Of a stretch of 64,000 bases of DNA, positions 17,104-27,920 are shown piece after piece. The stretch's first letter is position 1. Every line of letters starts with the position of its first letter. Made by a program: the position numbers and the translations under genes. The stretch covers positions 37,758,001-37,822,000 of the forward strand of contig OX597825.1 in the NCBI GenBank assembly GCA_951406725.2, in the 5' to 3' direction. The DNA is from Octopus vulgaris. Its lineage: Eukaryota. Below the pieces are notes generated by a model, which did no database searches, was not told the DNA's origin, and worked only from the letters and a program-made list of their open reading frames with translations.

Positions 17104-17632
17104 ATACAATGATTTGGGATAGCGAAGAGAAACTGCGTGTGGTTGTGGAAATTAGCTGCGCAGTAAATATTACCTTACAGCTGAAGATCAGCTTAAAAGA
17201 TAACACCTACGCTAAGCTATTGAGAAATCTGCAATTATTATATCCAGACTACACGTTCAGGTTAATACCTGTAATTATTGGGCCAATGGGATATGTAACA
17301 CACTGCCTAATTATAATCTCGAGAAATTAGGTTTCTCAAAACCAGAAAGGAGAAAGCTGATTCGAAGACAACAGATCCAATCTATAATTGGAATTGTAAA
17401 AATCTGTAAGACTTTTCAGAATATTATCATTTAAATATATATGAGCATGCCTAGATGTGCAAGTATATGCATGATACGACATAGATAAAACAAAACATAC
17501 AAATCTGCACGTATAAATACATACAAAAGGACCCTGTTGAGGCAGCAGAAGTTCCAGTGAAGATGCCTTCGATCTAGGTTGGAAAATGGCTCTTTCTCTA
17601 TTGGCGAGAAATCTTGAAATAAAACTGAATAA
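17104..17632 (+). mobile_element. 5'-truncated R4/Dong-type non-LTR element: restriction-like endonuclease C-terminus and 3' UTR
   Basis: IWDSEEKLRVVVEISCAVN...KISLKDNTYAKLLRNLQLLYPDYTFRLIPVIIGPMGYV fits the RLE pattern (E-x-S-C ... K...Y ... P-h-h-h-G-x-x-G); AATAAA at about 17618; embedded in microsatellite. Confidence 0.75.
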
Positions 17633-19037
17633 TATGTATACATACCTACAAATATAATCGTGTGTGTGCGTGTGTGTGTGTGTGTGTGAGTGTGAGTGTG
17701 AGTGTGTGTGTTTGGTGTAGTACAGTATCACACATATGTATATTACGCATATTTATACATATTAATATCCACAAACACCTAAGCCTCTATGTCTGCGTAT
17801 GTGTGCACATTCATAGACGACATATATGTATATACATATATGTGTGTGTTTCTATGTACATATTCATATACACATTTATATACATCGTCATTATATGTGT
17901 CTTATTTACACGCCAGTTATAAATAGATGTTATTATTTCAGTTTCGTCCTTGATGACATGATTTAAACATCTTATTCAATTGTATCATTTGTGTAAAATT
18001 ACGTAAAGATTTTATTAATCAATGACGTTTGATTATGAGCCGTTGAAACACCTGAAGATCATGCTAATTGAATTTTGAAATACGATTCCTATCTTAGTTA
18101 CGTACTTTTCTACACATTTTGCCTGTTACGTTTCTGTTAGTAACATTTTATACGTTACAAACACCGTACTGCTATGGATATTGTATAATAATGCTAAATT
18201 ATTGTCTTGTCATTATATCACTTAAGTACTCAGTGTTCAAAATAAGAGCTACTAATAGTGTTTTTGCCGTAGAGACCCTGAGATTAGACAGATTTATATG
18301 ACATGCGTTGTATCTCCAAGCAATGAGGTTAAACCTGCCTAATCTAAGTATATCTATGACTAGAGACTATTAGCAATATGTTCTAAATGCGGTGTACATT
18401 AAATGATATTTATCTCTCAGTAGATGGAGTACATTATTTTGTTGATCCTGCCTTAACAGATCCGTAAACTGTAAGTGGGAGCTCACATGTGTTTGTGTGT
18501 CACGTGTACCTCTGTGTATTAGTGTGTGTATGTGCATAAAAGTTTCTTCACAATTGGAGTACACTGTCGGGAATATTTTCCCATAGCCTTATTTATTTTT
18601 TCTTTTGTATCCGTTACTTTGTTTTTTATGCTTCCCGTTTTTAAAAGGTATCATGGAGAAGCACTAATACACACACATAAATATAGTTGTTTAAGGACAT
18701 ATAAATATGTAAGCACCCCTGCATTCCTATGTAACCTTCAATACATATGTATACCTGTACACTTCTAGGTTCATACCTCTATGGAGAAAGCTATCATCTA
18801 GGTGTATTTGGTTGATACATATACAGGTAAATGCGGGTATACACCTATACTGATATATTATATAAATAGCTATGTAAGATGCATATTTGTGCACTCCAAT
18901 TAATAATTCAGAATAGCGTATTCTATATTAATCTATGATTTTCTTTTAAGCCGAATATTTCTTAAAAGAAGGCTTCTAACATTAATTTAATTCTGATTTA
19001 CGCCTTGTGACAAATTAAATATGTTTTCTCTATAGAC

Positions 19038-19437
19038 ATTATTTTCTACCCTACGCACAAGACCCGACATTTGGGGGGAGTGGGGGGTAATCGATTAGAT
19101 CGACCCCAGCACGCAACTGGTATTTACTTTGTTCACCCCGAAAGGATGAAAGGCAAAGTCGACTTCGGCAGAATTTGAACTCAGAACGTAAAGACAGACA
19201 AAATACCTATTTCTTTACTACCCACAAGGGGCTAAACACAGAGGGGACAAACAAGGACAGACAAACCGAACAAATCGATTACATCGACCCCAGTGCATGA
19301 CTGGTACTTAATTTATCGACCCCGAAAGGACGAAAGATAAAGTCGACCTCGGCGGAATTTGAACTCAGAACGTAACGGCAGACGAAATACGGCTACGCGT
19401 TTCTCCCGTCGTGCTAACGTTTCTGCCAGCTTGCCGG
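19038..19437 (-). mobile_element. Dimeric tRNA-derived SINE, family B
   Basis: Two tandem units each with atcgaccccag...actggta...accccgaaagga.gaaag..aaagtcgac.tcggc.gaatttgaactcagaacgtaa; head ggcagaaacgttagcacg on the minus strand. Confidence 0.9.
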
Positions 19438-19962
19438 TTTAATGAAACCAAAATATTATAACGCAACAGCATTCCATACACACGTCATGTAGATTAGCAA
19501 AAAAAAAAAAAAATTCTGTCAACAAAATGTTTGCCTGAATCACAACTTTCGCATGGACCCTACAAAATCACAATGCTGAAAATGTTGACACCCACTTTAC
19601 ATAGAAGTGCACTAGAGCCCAACGATTGAAGAACCCTTAATTTATAAAAGAAGAATAAGTACTTGCAGCATACATTCTTCTACACCCAGTAACTAAAAAC
19701 ATTTTTCCCACCTTCCTTTCTTTATTCCTCTTTCAAGACATCGATTTCTACTTCATGTTTAATATCATGTCTGACTCTCGCTTAGCTTCTCCACTAACCA
19801 AAAACAACCAACAATAAAAGTACCATGCGTAAGGCGTTAAAACCGAAGGGCATTACAATCTGATGATGAGTAGTTAGCTAAAACATCGAAGTTACGGTTA
19901 CCAGTTCTTTAAAAAAAATTTATACATCCATATACTTGACGCGCACACATATATTTGATCTA

Positions 19963-20616
19963 TACAGGGTGTTTTGGCTAGATATGACAGTTTGAATACA
20001 AGGAAAAAAAACATGATATCCCTTCCAGAAATAAATGTATTTTTACAAATCAATAAATATCAATTGGATTATTGCTTTGAGATAACTGTTTAACGAAAGT
20101 AGCCGCCCTCAGCTTTCACCAATGCCTCAAGACAGTCTTGGAATTTGGCATGTGCGTCCCCCACTCTTTCGTTAGGATTATCTTTGAATAGCTTAACATT
20201 GGTGTCGCAGGCATAAAAGTTAGTGCCTTTCTTAACCGGTGCCCACACATAGTAATACAAGGGATTATAACCGTGAGAATTAGTAGGTCAGAAATTCGCG
20301 CGGATAAAGTTGTAGAAATTCTTCAACAACCGCTTCAGATTCGTTCAAGCAATCTGAAGCAACTTCAGAGAGTCGTTTGAATTGTACCTAAGTACCTGTT
20401 TCAAGAGGTGGAAACCTGTTTTAAGACGTGCAAGACGTGGCATGACATCACGCTCAGTGGAAACACACACAAGGATCTCAACAGTTTAAAAAAACTTGGT
20501 TCTCATGATACTTTGGACATCACATGGAATGTAGGCAAGCCACATGTTGTTCTGTGTATTATGTAACTGATCCTGGATGAAGTCCTTTTCATTTGAGAAG
20601 AAACAGATCATCCCTG

Positions 20617-20620
<4 letters not shown>
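19963..20620 (-). mobile_element. Truncated Tc1/mariner (maT-like) transposase relic with one terminal inverted repeat
   Basis: Minus strand FFSNEKDFIQDQLHNTQNNMWLA and YNPLYYYVWAPVK; end sequence TA-CAGGGTG at 19963. Confidence 0.75.
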
Positions 20621-20669
<49 letters not shown>

Positions 20670-20678
20670 CATCCCTCG

Positions 20679-20730
<52 letters not shown>

Positions 20731-20972
20731 AGGAATAACTTAACAAGAAATTGTCAGGTAGATAGCGTGAAAAACCTCATAAGAGAAAAAATTTCGAAAA
20801 TAATTATTTCTTATTGAACATAGTAATTTATATATAGAGGGCATTATACATACATGCCAGAGGGCATTATACATACATGCCACACGCTAAGAGGGACAAT
20901 TAGTCATTTCTACCAAAAATTTTACTAATCCCACCGAATGCAATTTTTCAAAGTAAGACATTTAAAAAATAT

Positions 20973-21020
20973 AGACCTGTATCACAGTGATTTCATACTT
21001 ACGTATTCATCAGCAGGCCT
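20973..21020 (-). ncRNA. Type I hammerhead ribozyme (minus-strand copy)
   Basis: AGGCCTG-CTGATGA-ATAC gtaa GTAT-GAAA-TCAC t GTGA-TA-CAGGTCT on the minus strand. Confidence 0.85.
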
Positions 21021-21150
21021 GGAGGTATCATAAATAAACGACCCTGCCTCGCTTAAGCCGATCAGCTAACTGATCAACATCAACGAAGCACATGGGTGAG
21101 TTTACATATATTACATCCGGTAAATGGCAGACTTTTACGAATTGCATTTC

Positions 21151-21198
21151 GGGCCTGCTGATGAATACGTAAGTATGAAATCACTGTGATACAGGTCT
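21151..21198 (+). ncRNA. Type I hammerhead ribozyme
   Basis: Stem I GGGCCTG/CAGGTCT; core CTGATGA 21158-21164; stem II ATAC-gtaa-GTAT; GAAA 21177-21180; quasi-palindromic stem III TCACtGTGA; predicted cleavage after A21191. Confidence 0.85.
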
Positions 21199-21466
21199 AT
21201 ATTTTTTAAATGTCTTACTTTGAAAAATTGCATTCGGTGGGATTAGTAAAATTTTTGGTAGAAATGACTAATTGTCCCTCTTAGCGTGTGGCATGTATGT
21301 ATAATGCCCTCTGGCATGTATGTATAATGCCCTCTATATATAAATTACTATGTTCAATAAGAAATAATTATTTTCGAAATTTTTTCTCTTATGAGGTTTT
21401 TCACGCTATCTACCTGACAATTTCTTGTTAAGTTTTCCTTATTAAGTAGTTGTCCTTAATTGCAAA

Positions 21467-21513
<47 letters not shown>

Positions 21514-22281
21514 TTTGTAGCAGTATGTATGTCAATGTGTATGAGAAACATATGTATCTTATATTGGTTTCGATGATATGATCTATGATCTATTAATTAA
21601 AATCTTTAATTCCTCAGTGTAGTGTCGAATAAATAGTTATTTGGTTTCCTCTCACATAACCTTGTATCTATAATATAAACAGCTAACAAATTATGACAAG
21701 ACTGTCTGTTTTAATTGCAGAAGCAGTCTATCTTGTGAGTTTTCACTTAGTTTTCCTCTATAGAATTTCATTCACATGCCTTTGATTGGGCCTAGGTTGT
21801 GGCATATTTTAACCATTTATCGTATATTCACCAGTACAATGTAACAAAAATGTAAGTCGTAAATGAGTCCACACTTCACTGGCGAGAAAATAATCTTCAT
21901 CACTCAAAACACTAGTGCACACAAAGACACTCACGCACATATATCTCAGAGTCAAACGTAATGCTCTTTAGAAATCGCGCGGCTTTACTTATATATATAA
22001 TGAAGAGGGAGACGACAAATGCATTTACGGTAAAAGAGTGAAAATGGATGGACACCACGCAGAAAAGTTGCAGAGAATCTCAACCCGTCATCAATTGTCG
22101 ACCAAATATCATTACTGTTCCGAAAGCCTCTGGCAATATTGTTTAATGTAACGAGATGAACAGCGTACATTCATACATACATACATACATACATACATAC
22201 ATACACACATACATACGTACATACATGCATACATACATATATAAATACACACACCTATATATTTGTACATACACACACACA

Positions 22282-22346
<65 letters not shown>

Positions 22347-22659
22347 GTGTGTCTGTGTATGCGCGTATGTATGTATATATGTATGCAAGCCAGAGGCATA
22401 ACACTCTTGAACGTCGAATGAATGACCTATAGGATATTGCTGCATAATTTCCCTCCATCTTTACATTGTACTTTAAGAAAAGACAGAATAATGCATTTGT
22501 TACTATGAAAATATTTAAATTATATCGAAAATAAATTGCATACTTTTAACAAGAACGTCCCTTATCGTCGATCAGTAAGTACATATTACTATTTACATGC
22601 TATATTATTTTGTATATTTAATAAATCTAAATATGTATGTATATGTGTGTGTGTGCGCG

Positions 22660-22690
<31 letters not shown>

Positions 22691-23658
22691 CTGTGTGTGT
22701 ATATACAGCTGATGCCTCAATATGAAGGATATTGTCACGCGTAGTCACAGCAAAAGCCCATTCCTAGTTGTAACTGTCAAGACCTTGAAGCTTGAACGCT
22801 TCCTGTTTGTTTGATAAACATACTCGTTCATGAAACCCAATTTGCAGCTGTGGTCTAAGACTACATAACTGAGAAAATCAACAACATGTGTTTATACGAA
22901 AGTAGTTTCAAAAGTTATTATGCAAATCATTATTTTACTTTCCGACACATTGATAAATGCAAAGCCAATAAGTTGGCTAACCATATATGAGCTCTGAAGA
23001 CCATTTACACATCACATGCAATCAAGGGGAGAATCATAGAACAATCTACGCTATATATAAATGGATCAAAGAGAAACAAGTTATGTATATCTAAAAGATC
23101 GCAAAACCATTTTTGATTCAAGAATTCCACCGCAATATTTAATTCCAGATCCGAAATTTTAAAGAAATGCTAGCATATGTGCAGGTTTTTTGTCGAGAAG
23201 GAGGACACAACCTCCTCAGAATTGCTTAGCTAACAGAATTTGGCCTCTTTCACTTATATTATTCTGAAGCAGATACATTAGCTATGATTTCTACAGTCAA
23301 AGATGAATATCTTGGCTTTCTTCCTTTTCTTATTTTTGTTTTCTTTCTTATCGTTCCGGTTTTGTTCCTCTTTTTCGCATTTCTTTTTTTGTTTTACTTT
23401 TCGGTTTTTATCTCATATTTTCGCAGAGGCCAGATTTCTGATTTTATAAAAGATCTAACGTTATGAAGTACCCCGACAGACTGCTTGAGGATACATGCTT
23501 TTTTTTATATAAATCTGGCAATTCAATATATCTTAAAGCATGAAACTATTTGTAGCTCTTTTGTAATTGTGTACATTAAATGATGTATAAGATATGATAT
23601 AATATAATATATATACATATATAAATACATACATGTATATATATATATACATACACAC

Positions 23659-23701
<43 letters not shown>

Positions 23702-23983
23702 GATGCGTATATATACATATACATCCACACACGCATCCATACACACACACACTCACACACACACATAATTCTGCTTTCTCCCTCTGTTTTTCTCTTTCTC
23801 TTTCTCCATGCTCACATACCACATACATGCTTAGATATGCGGACAAACATAGACACAGGCGGAAACACGTCTTATTTGAAAAAGAATTTTCCATATCTTT
23901 TATAATATAGAAATAACGATGTCTTATACACTGTATCTCGATCTATTTATCTTTGTTATAGCAGTGCCTATCACCTTCAAATG

Positions 23984-24020
<37 letters not shown>

Positions 24021-25210
24021 TACATATATACGTGTCTGTGTATGTGTGCACGTGGGCGCGCGCGTGTGTGTATGTGTCTGTGAGTGCGTGTTTATATACT
24101 AATATAATGTACATACACTCATGTTTCGTTATATGTGTTTGTGTGTGTATTTTTTCGTACGTATATGTGAATTCATTCACATGAATACTATTTGAAAATA
24201 TATCTCTGTGTTATGTACATCACATAAATATCAAGTTTGATTATTAAATAAGAATACATGAGAGCATGAAAATGTTTTCCGATTATTTAATATTGTGAAA
24301 GGAATGAAATAAATGATCTAAAATATTTGTATATTTTTTTCTAGATGAAGAATATAATAATACGTAAAGACTATCTCATAGATCTAAAATATACTATTAT
24401 TTTGAATTTTAGATATATTAATAGCAAGATTTATCAAAAGATCATTCTATTTCGTGAATCTTCTAATACAAGTTTGATTTTTATCAGAACATTGAATCAT
24501 TTCAAAATCGCCATTATGATAATAATGGCTTATATTTATTATTAAGTTGAACATCGATGTTCGTTCCTTTTTTCACTAAAACCGCTCAAGCCATCATCTA
24601 TTAGCGTTGATGCTGCTGCTGTTGTTGTCGTTACAGTTATTGTTAAAGTTGCTTTTGTTGTAGCGGTGATGATGATGGTTCCTGTTTTTAAATCGATCAT
24701 TTCAAATTTCAGAGTAAAATACCTAATTTCCTAAAATTGCTGTAGGAATTGCTTTGCCGTAAATATTATTATAAAGAAAGTACCTTATCAGTTTTGCCTT
24801 ATCCGATGGTTTATGATAGTATCAGAGGTCTGGCTGTGTCCGTAAAAATATATCTCGTGAAAGAGCGTTTATCTCAAATTTTATAGCTAATATGTAGTAT
24901 TCAACTTCCGATAAGAATTGACTAAATGATTCATTAGCTTGTTTTATTCTCTTTAAGATTTCATCATTGGGTTTACGTGACATCTCCTCTTCCACTCATT
25001 CTCTGTCCCTTCTCTTATTTCTCTTTCAAATCCCCAGCACCTCACCAACACCACCAGATACTAAGTTCGTGAAACAATTATTGTTAAATGAGATTTACAA
25101 GATCTTGGTGCATCGCTTAATGTTTATGAATATATCATTATATTTAGGAGACATCAAATCTGAAATACATTCTATTCCATTTCAAATATATATGTGTATG
25201 TATTTATATA

Positions 25211-25785
25211 CATATAAATATAGTGTACATATAAACACATACGAGGTATCCATCATAGGATACCTAGCACACTAGAAGGAATAGCCAAAATCCAAACCAC
25301 TATTAGAGATAAATTTCGAAGGGAATGAAAAATAAAAACATTTACCATCTATCTCGTGGATCATGGTTTGGATTTGAAAAATTATAATATATAAGCACGG
25401 GGCACATGTTGGATTGGCTCGTGCTTATATGTTTAATCTAGGCGTACTTGTTGATGAAGACTTCGCCTAGGAAATTATTTTATTTGCTAACATAAAGTCA
25501 GAAACCATGGTCCAGGACATAGATGGTAAATGTTTTTAATTTACATTCCCTTCAAAAGTTATCCCTAATAGTGGTTTTGATTTTAGCTATTCCTTCTAGC
25601 GTGACAGGTATCCTATGATGGATACCTTTTGTGTGTTTAAATGTACACTGTATTTATATGAATAATATAATAGTTTATTGACTAATTTTTCTATACGCTA
25701 GGCCACTGGTAGTAAAAATTTCTAAAGATTTTCTGACCCTGAGATTATTAATTATATTTATATATATAATTAATAATCTCAGGGT
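25211..25785. mobile_element. Older fold-back element: diverged arms 25211-25369 / 25502-25660, right extension ending in a small palindrome 25737-25785
   Basis: aggtatccatcataggatacct / aggtatcctatgatggatacct and aaaaacatttaccatctat / atagatggtaaatgttttt; loop contains two further hairpins. Confidence 0.8.
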
Positions 25786-25792
25786 AAAAAAT

Positions 25793-25864
<72 letters not shown>

Positions 25865-26157
25865 TCAGTAATAATGTAGGGTGAAATTAATTAATTTGGA
25901 ATAATTATCAATTTCACCATGTAGATTTCGGCATGTAAAAGCCCCATTTAAGGAAGGTTTAAGTAATACTAAGTAATTAAGGGTTCAGCAACGATTTGCC
26001 TCACCACACACCGAATTTAGAAATAGCAGTCAAAGAGTTATAGCTATTCCTTTCTACTAAAAGGGAGATCTCAGTAAAGCCACAGCACCTGAAAGGCAAA
26101 CACAGACAGGCAAGAGAGAAAGAAAATGACGACAATCGATCATACAATAAAAAGTCG

Positions 26158-26248
26158 CCTACGGACGTACGTTTCGAAATCAAGTTTTAGGAAAGCATAA
26201 GAATTAGATAATCCTGTCTTACCCAACTTCTTTTCTCATCAGCGTAGG
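26158..26248 (-). ncRNA. Type I hammerhead ribozyme (minus-strand copy)
   Basis: Reverse complement of 26266-26356 in the left arm: cctacggacgtacgtttcgaaa...tttctcatcagcgtagg. Confidence 0.85.
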
Positions 26249-26265
26249 ATACTACAATTATGAAT

Positions 26266-26356
26266 CCTACGCTGATGAGAAAAGAAGTTGGGTAAGACAG
26301 GATTATCTAATTCTTATGCTTTCCTAAAACTTGATTTCGAAACGTACGTCCGTAGG
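26266..26356 (+). ncRNA. Type I hammerhead ribozyme with extended stem II and palindromic stem III
   Basis: Stem I CCTACG/CGTAGG; core CTGATGA 26272-26278; stem II GAAAagAAGTT...AACTTgaTTTC; GAAA 26339-26342; stem III CGTACG; GTC triplet, predicted cleavage after C26350. Confidence 0.88.
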
Positions 26357-26544
26357 TGACTTTTTATTGTATGATCGATTGTCGTCATTTGCTTTCTCTC
26401 TTGCCTGTCTGTGTTTGCCTTTCAAGTGCTGTGGCTTTACTGAGATCTCCCTTTTAGTAGAAAGGAATAGCTATAACTCTTTAACTGCTATTTTTAAATT
26501 CGGTGTGTGGTGATGCAAATCGTTGCTGAACCCTTAATTACTTA

Positions 26545-26641
<97 letters not shown>

Positions 26642-26651
26642 TGTGTGTGTG

Positions 26652-27920
26652 TACAGGCTGCGGTGAATAAATTCTCGTCTAAATTACGCAGAAATTAAAA
26701 TAACACTGACAACTCATTTTAACAGATATATTTACAAAAGTTACATACAAATATCGTGGAATACTAACGAATACATTTATTTAATAAAAAAGCCATTGAC
26801 TTCTGCCACAGCCTCCAGGGACTTCGGAATTTCCTGCAACTCTTCTAAACGATCCCCTTGTTTAACTTGGTAAGTGTGGCCATAATAATTGCCTTCAATG
26901 CATCTTTGGTCTTACAAAAGGTTTTGTTGCTCTCTCGCTCAACTGCGCCCCACACATAATAATCAAAGGGATTGCAGTCTTTGGTGTTAAGTGGCAAGAT
27001 GTTACGTGTGATATGGTCGCAGAAATTGTCTGATATCCATGACTGGGTTCTCCTACTTGTGTAGCGTAGTACAGAGTTCTGTTGATAAGCAGAGGGTCTT
27101 CAAGCAGCCACCCCGTTGACTCCGGGAAGCATCACCTCTTCTAGGCCCAGGATGTAGGCCTCTCTGTTGAGTCTGAGTCTGTGTGGGAAGATGAATATAG
27201 GCATAACGTCGCCATCACTAGTGATCACTCCAAACACCATAATCTTGACTGAAAGTTTGATTTTTATCACGCTTGGTGCATGTTTTGGGGACACGGAACG
27301 CGAACGGTTGTTCGGTGTGCACACCATTTGATCCTGGGAGAAATTTGTCTCGTCTGAGAAAAACCAAAGCATATTCGGTTGGAGGGGATGCTTGAGTTTG
27401 TTCAAAGCTTCGTAGCACGGTTTCTCCTCTTGTCCTTGACTGCTTGGGATATCAATTGACTCTTTCTCACCTTGTATGAAGAATGCCAAGTGTCTTCATG
27501 CACTACGTGCCTGATAAGAAACTGAGGCGCTCACATGTCCCTCGCGATGGAGCAGACTGACTTGGAGGTATCGTTATCAAACGTGGCCTCGATCTCATCA
27601 ACAAATTCAGGAGTTCTTTACCTATCAGAACGTTCTGAGTGAAATTTCCGAGATGCAGTACCTTCCTCATCAGTAATTGATTCATCCACCTCTTTCTGAA
27701 TTCTCAGCACTGTCCTCAGACTGATGCCCAAACACTCTGAAATGATGTTTCCAATTTTCGCAGAGTGATTTGTGTTATGGTGGTGCTTTTCTCACAGACG
27801 GTGCGCAGCTGACCCTACTTTAGTGTGTAGTTGACAAAATAAAAAAAAAACAAACAAACAATGTGCATGCTCAAAATTAAAAATACAGAATGGCAACTGT
27901 TTACTCATCGCATCTTGCAT
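26652..27920 (-). mobile_element. Decayed full-length DD37D (maT-family) Tc1/mariner transposon with imperfect TIRs
   Basis: WFFSDETNF, IMVFGVITSDG, then YQQ(N) followed 37 residues later by D in DCNPFDYYVWGAV; ends tacaggctgcggtgaataaa and the reverse complement tgcaagatgcgatgagtaaa; contains stops and frameshifts. Confidence 0.88.

Larger units (their letters stand above)
20727..21472. mobile_element. Fold-back element with two outward-facing hammerhead ribozymes; arms 20727-21019 / 21152-21443, loop about 132 bp, right extension 21444-21472
   Basis: About 293-bp near-perfect inverted arms, each containing a 23-bp tandem repeat (agagggcattatacatacatgcc); long (TA)n on both sides. Confidence 0.9.
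25861..26548. mobile_element. Fold-back element with two outward-facing hammerheads; arms 25966-26250 / 26264-26548, 13-nt loop, left extension 25861-25965
   Basis: 285-bp inverted arms with about six substitutions (mirror ORFs 26001- and 26331+); (TA)n on both sides. Confidence 0.9.

Noticed and set aside
26001-26513. Twin 60-aa ORFs on opposite strands
   Set aside because: By-product of the inverted repeat; TTG start and no recognisable protein motif.
20727-26548. Interpretation of the fold-backs as ordinary MITEs or as sequencing artefacts
   Set aside because: One-sided extensions and hammerheads do not fit MITE symmetry. Arm mismatches (about six in the 25.9-kb element, many in the 25.2-kb one) argue against read fold-back, although this is not excluded for the near-perfect cases.
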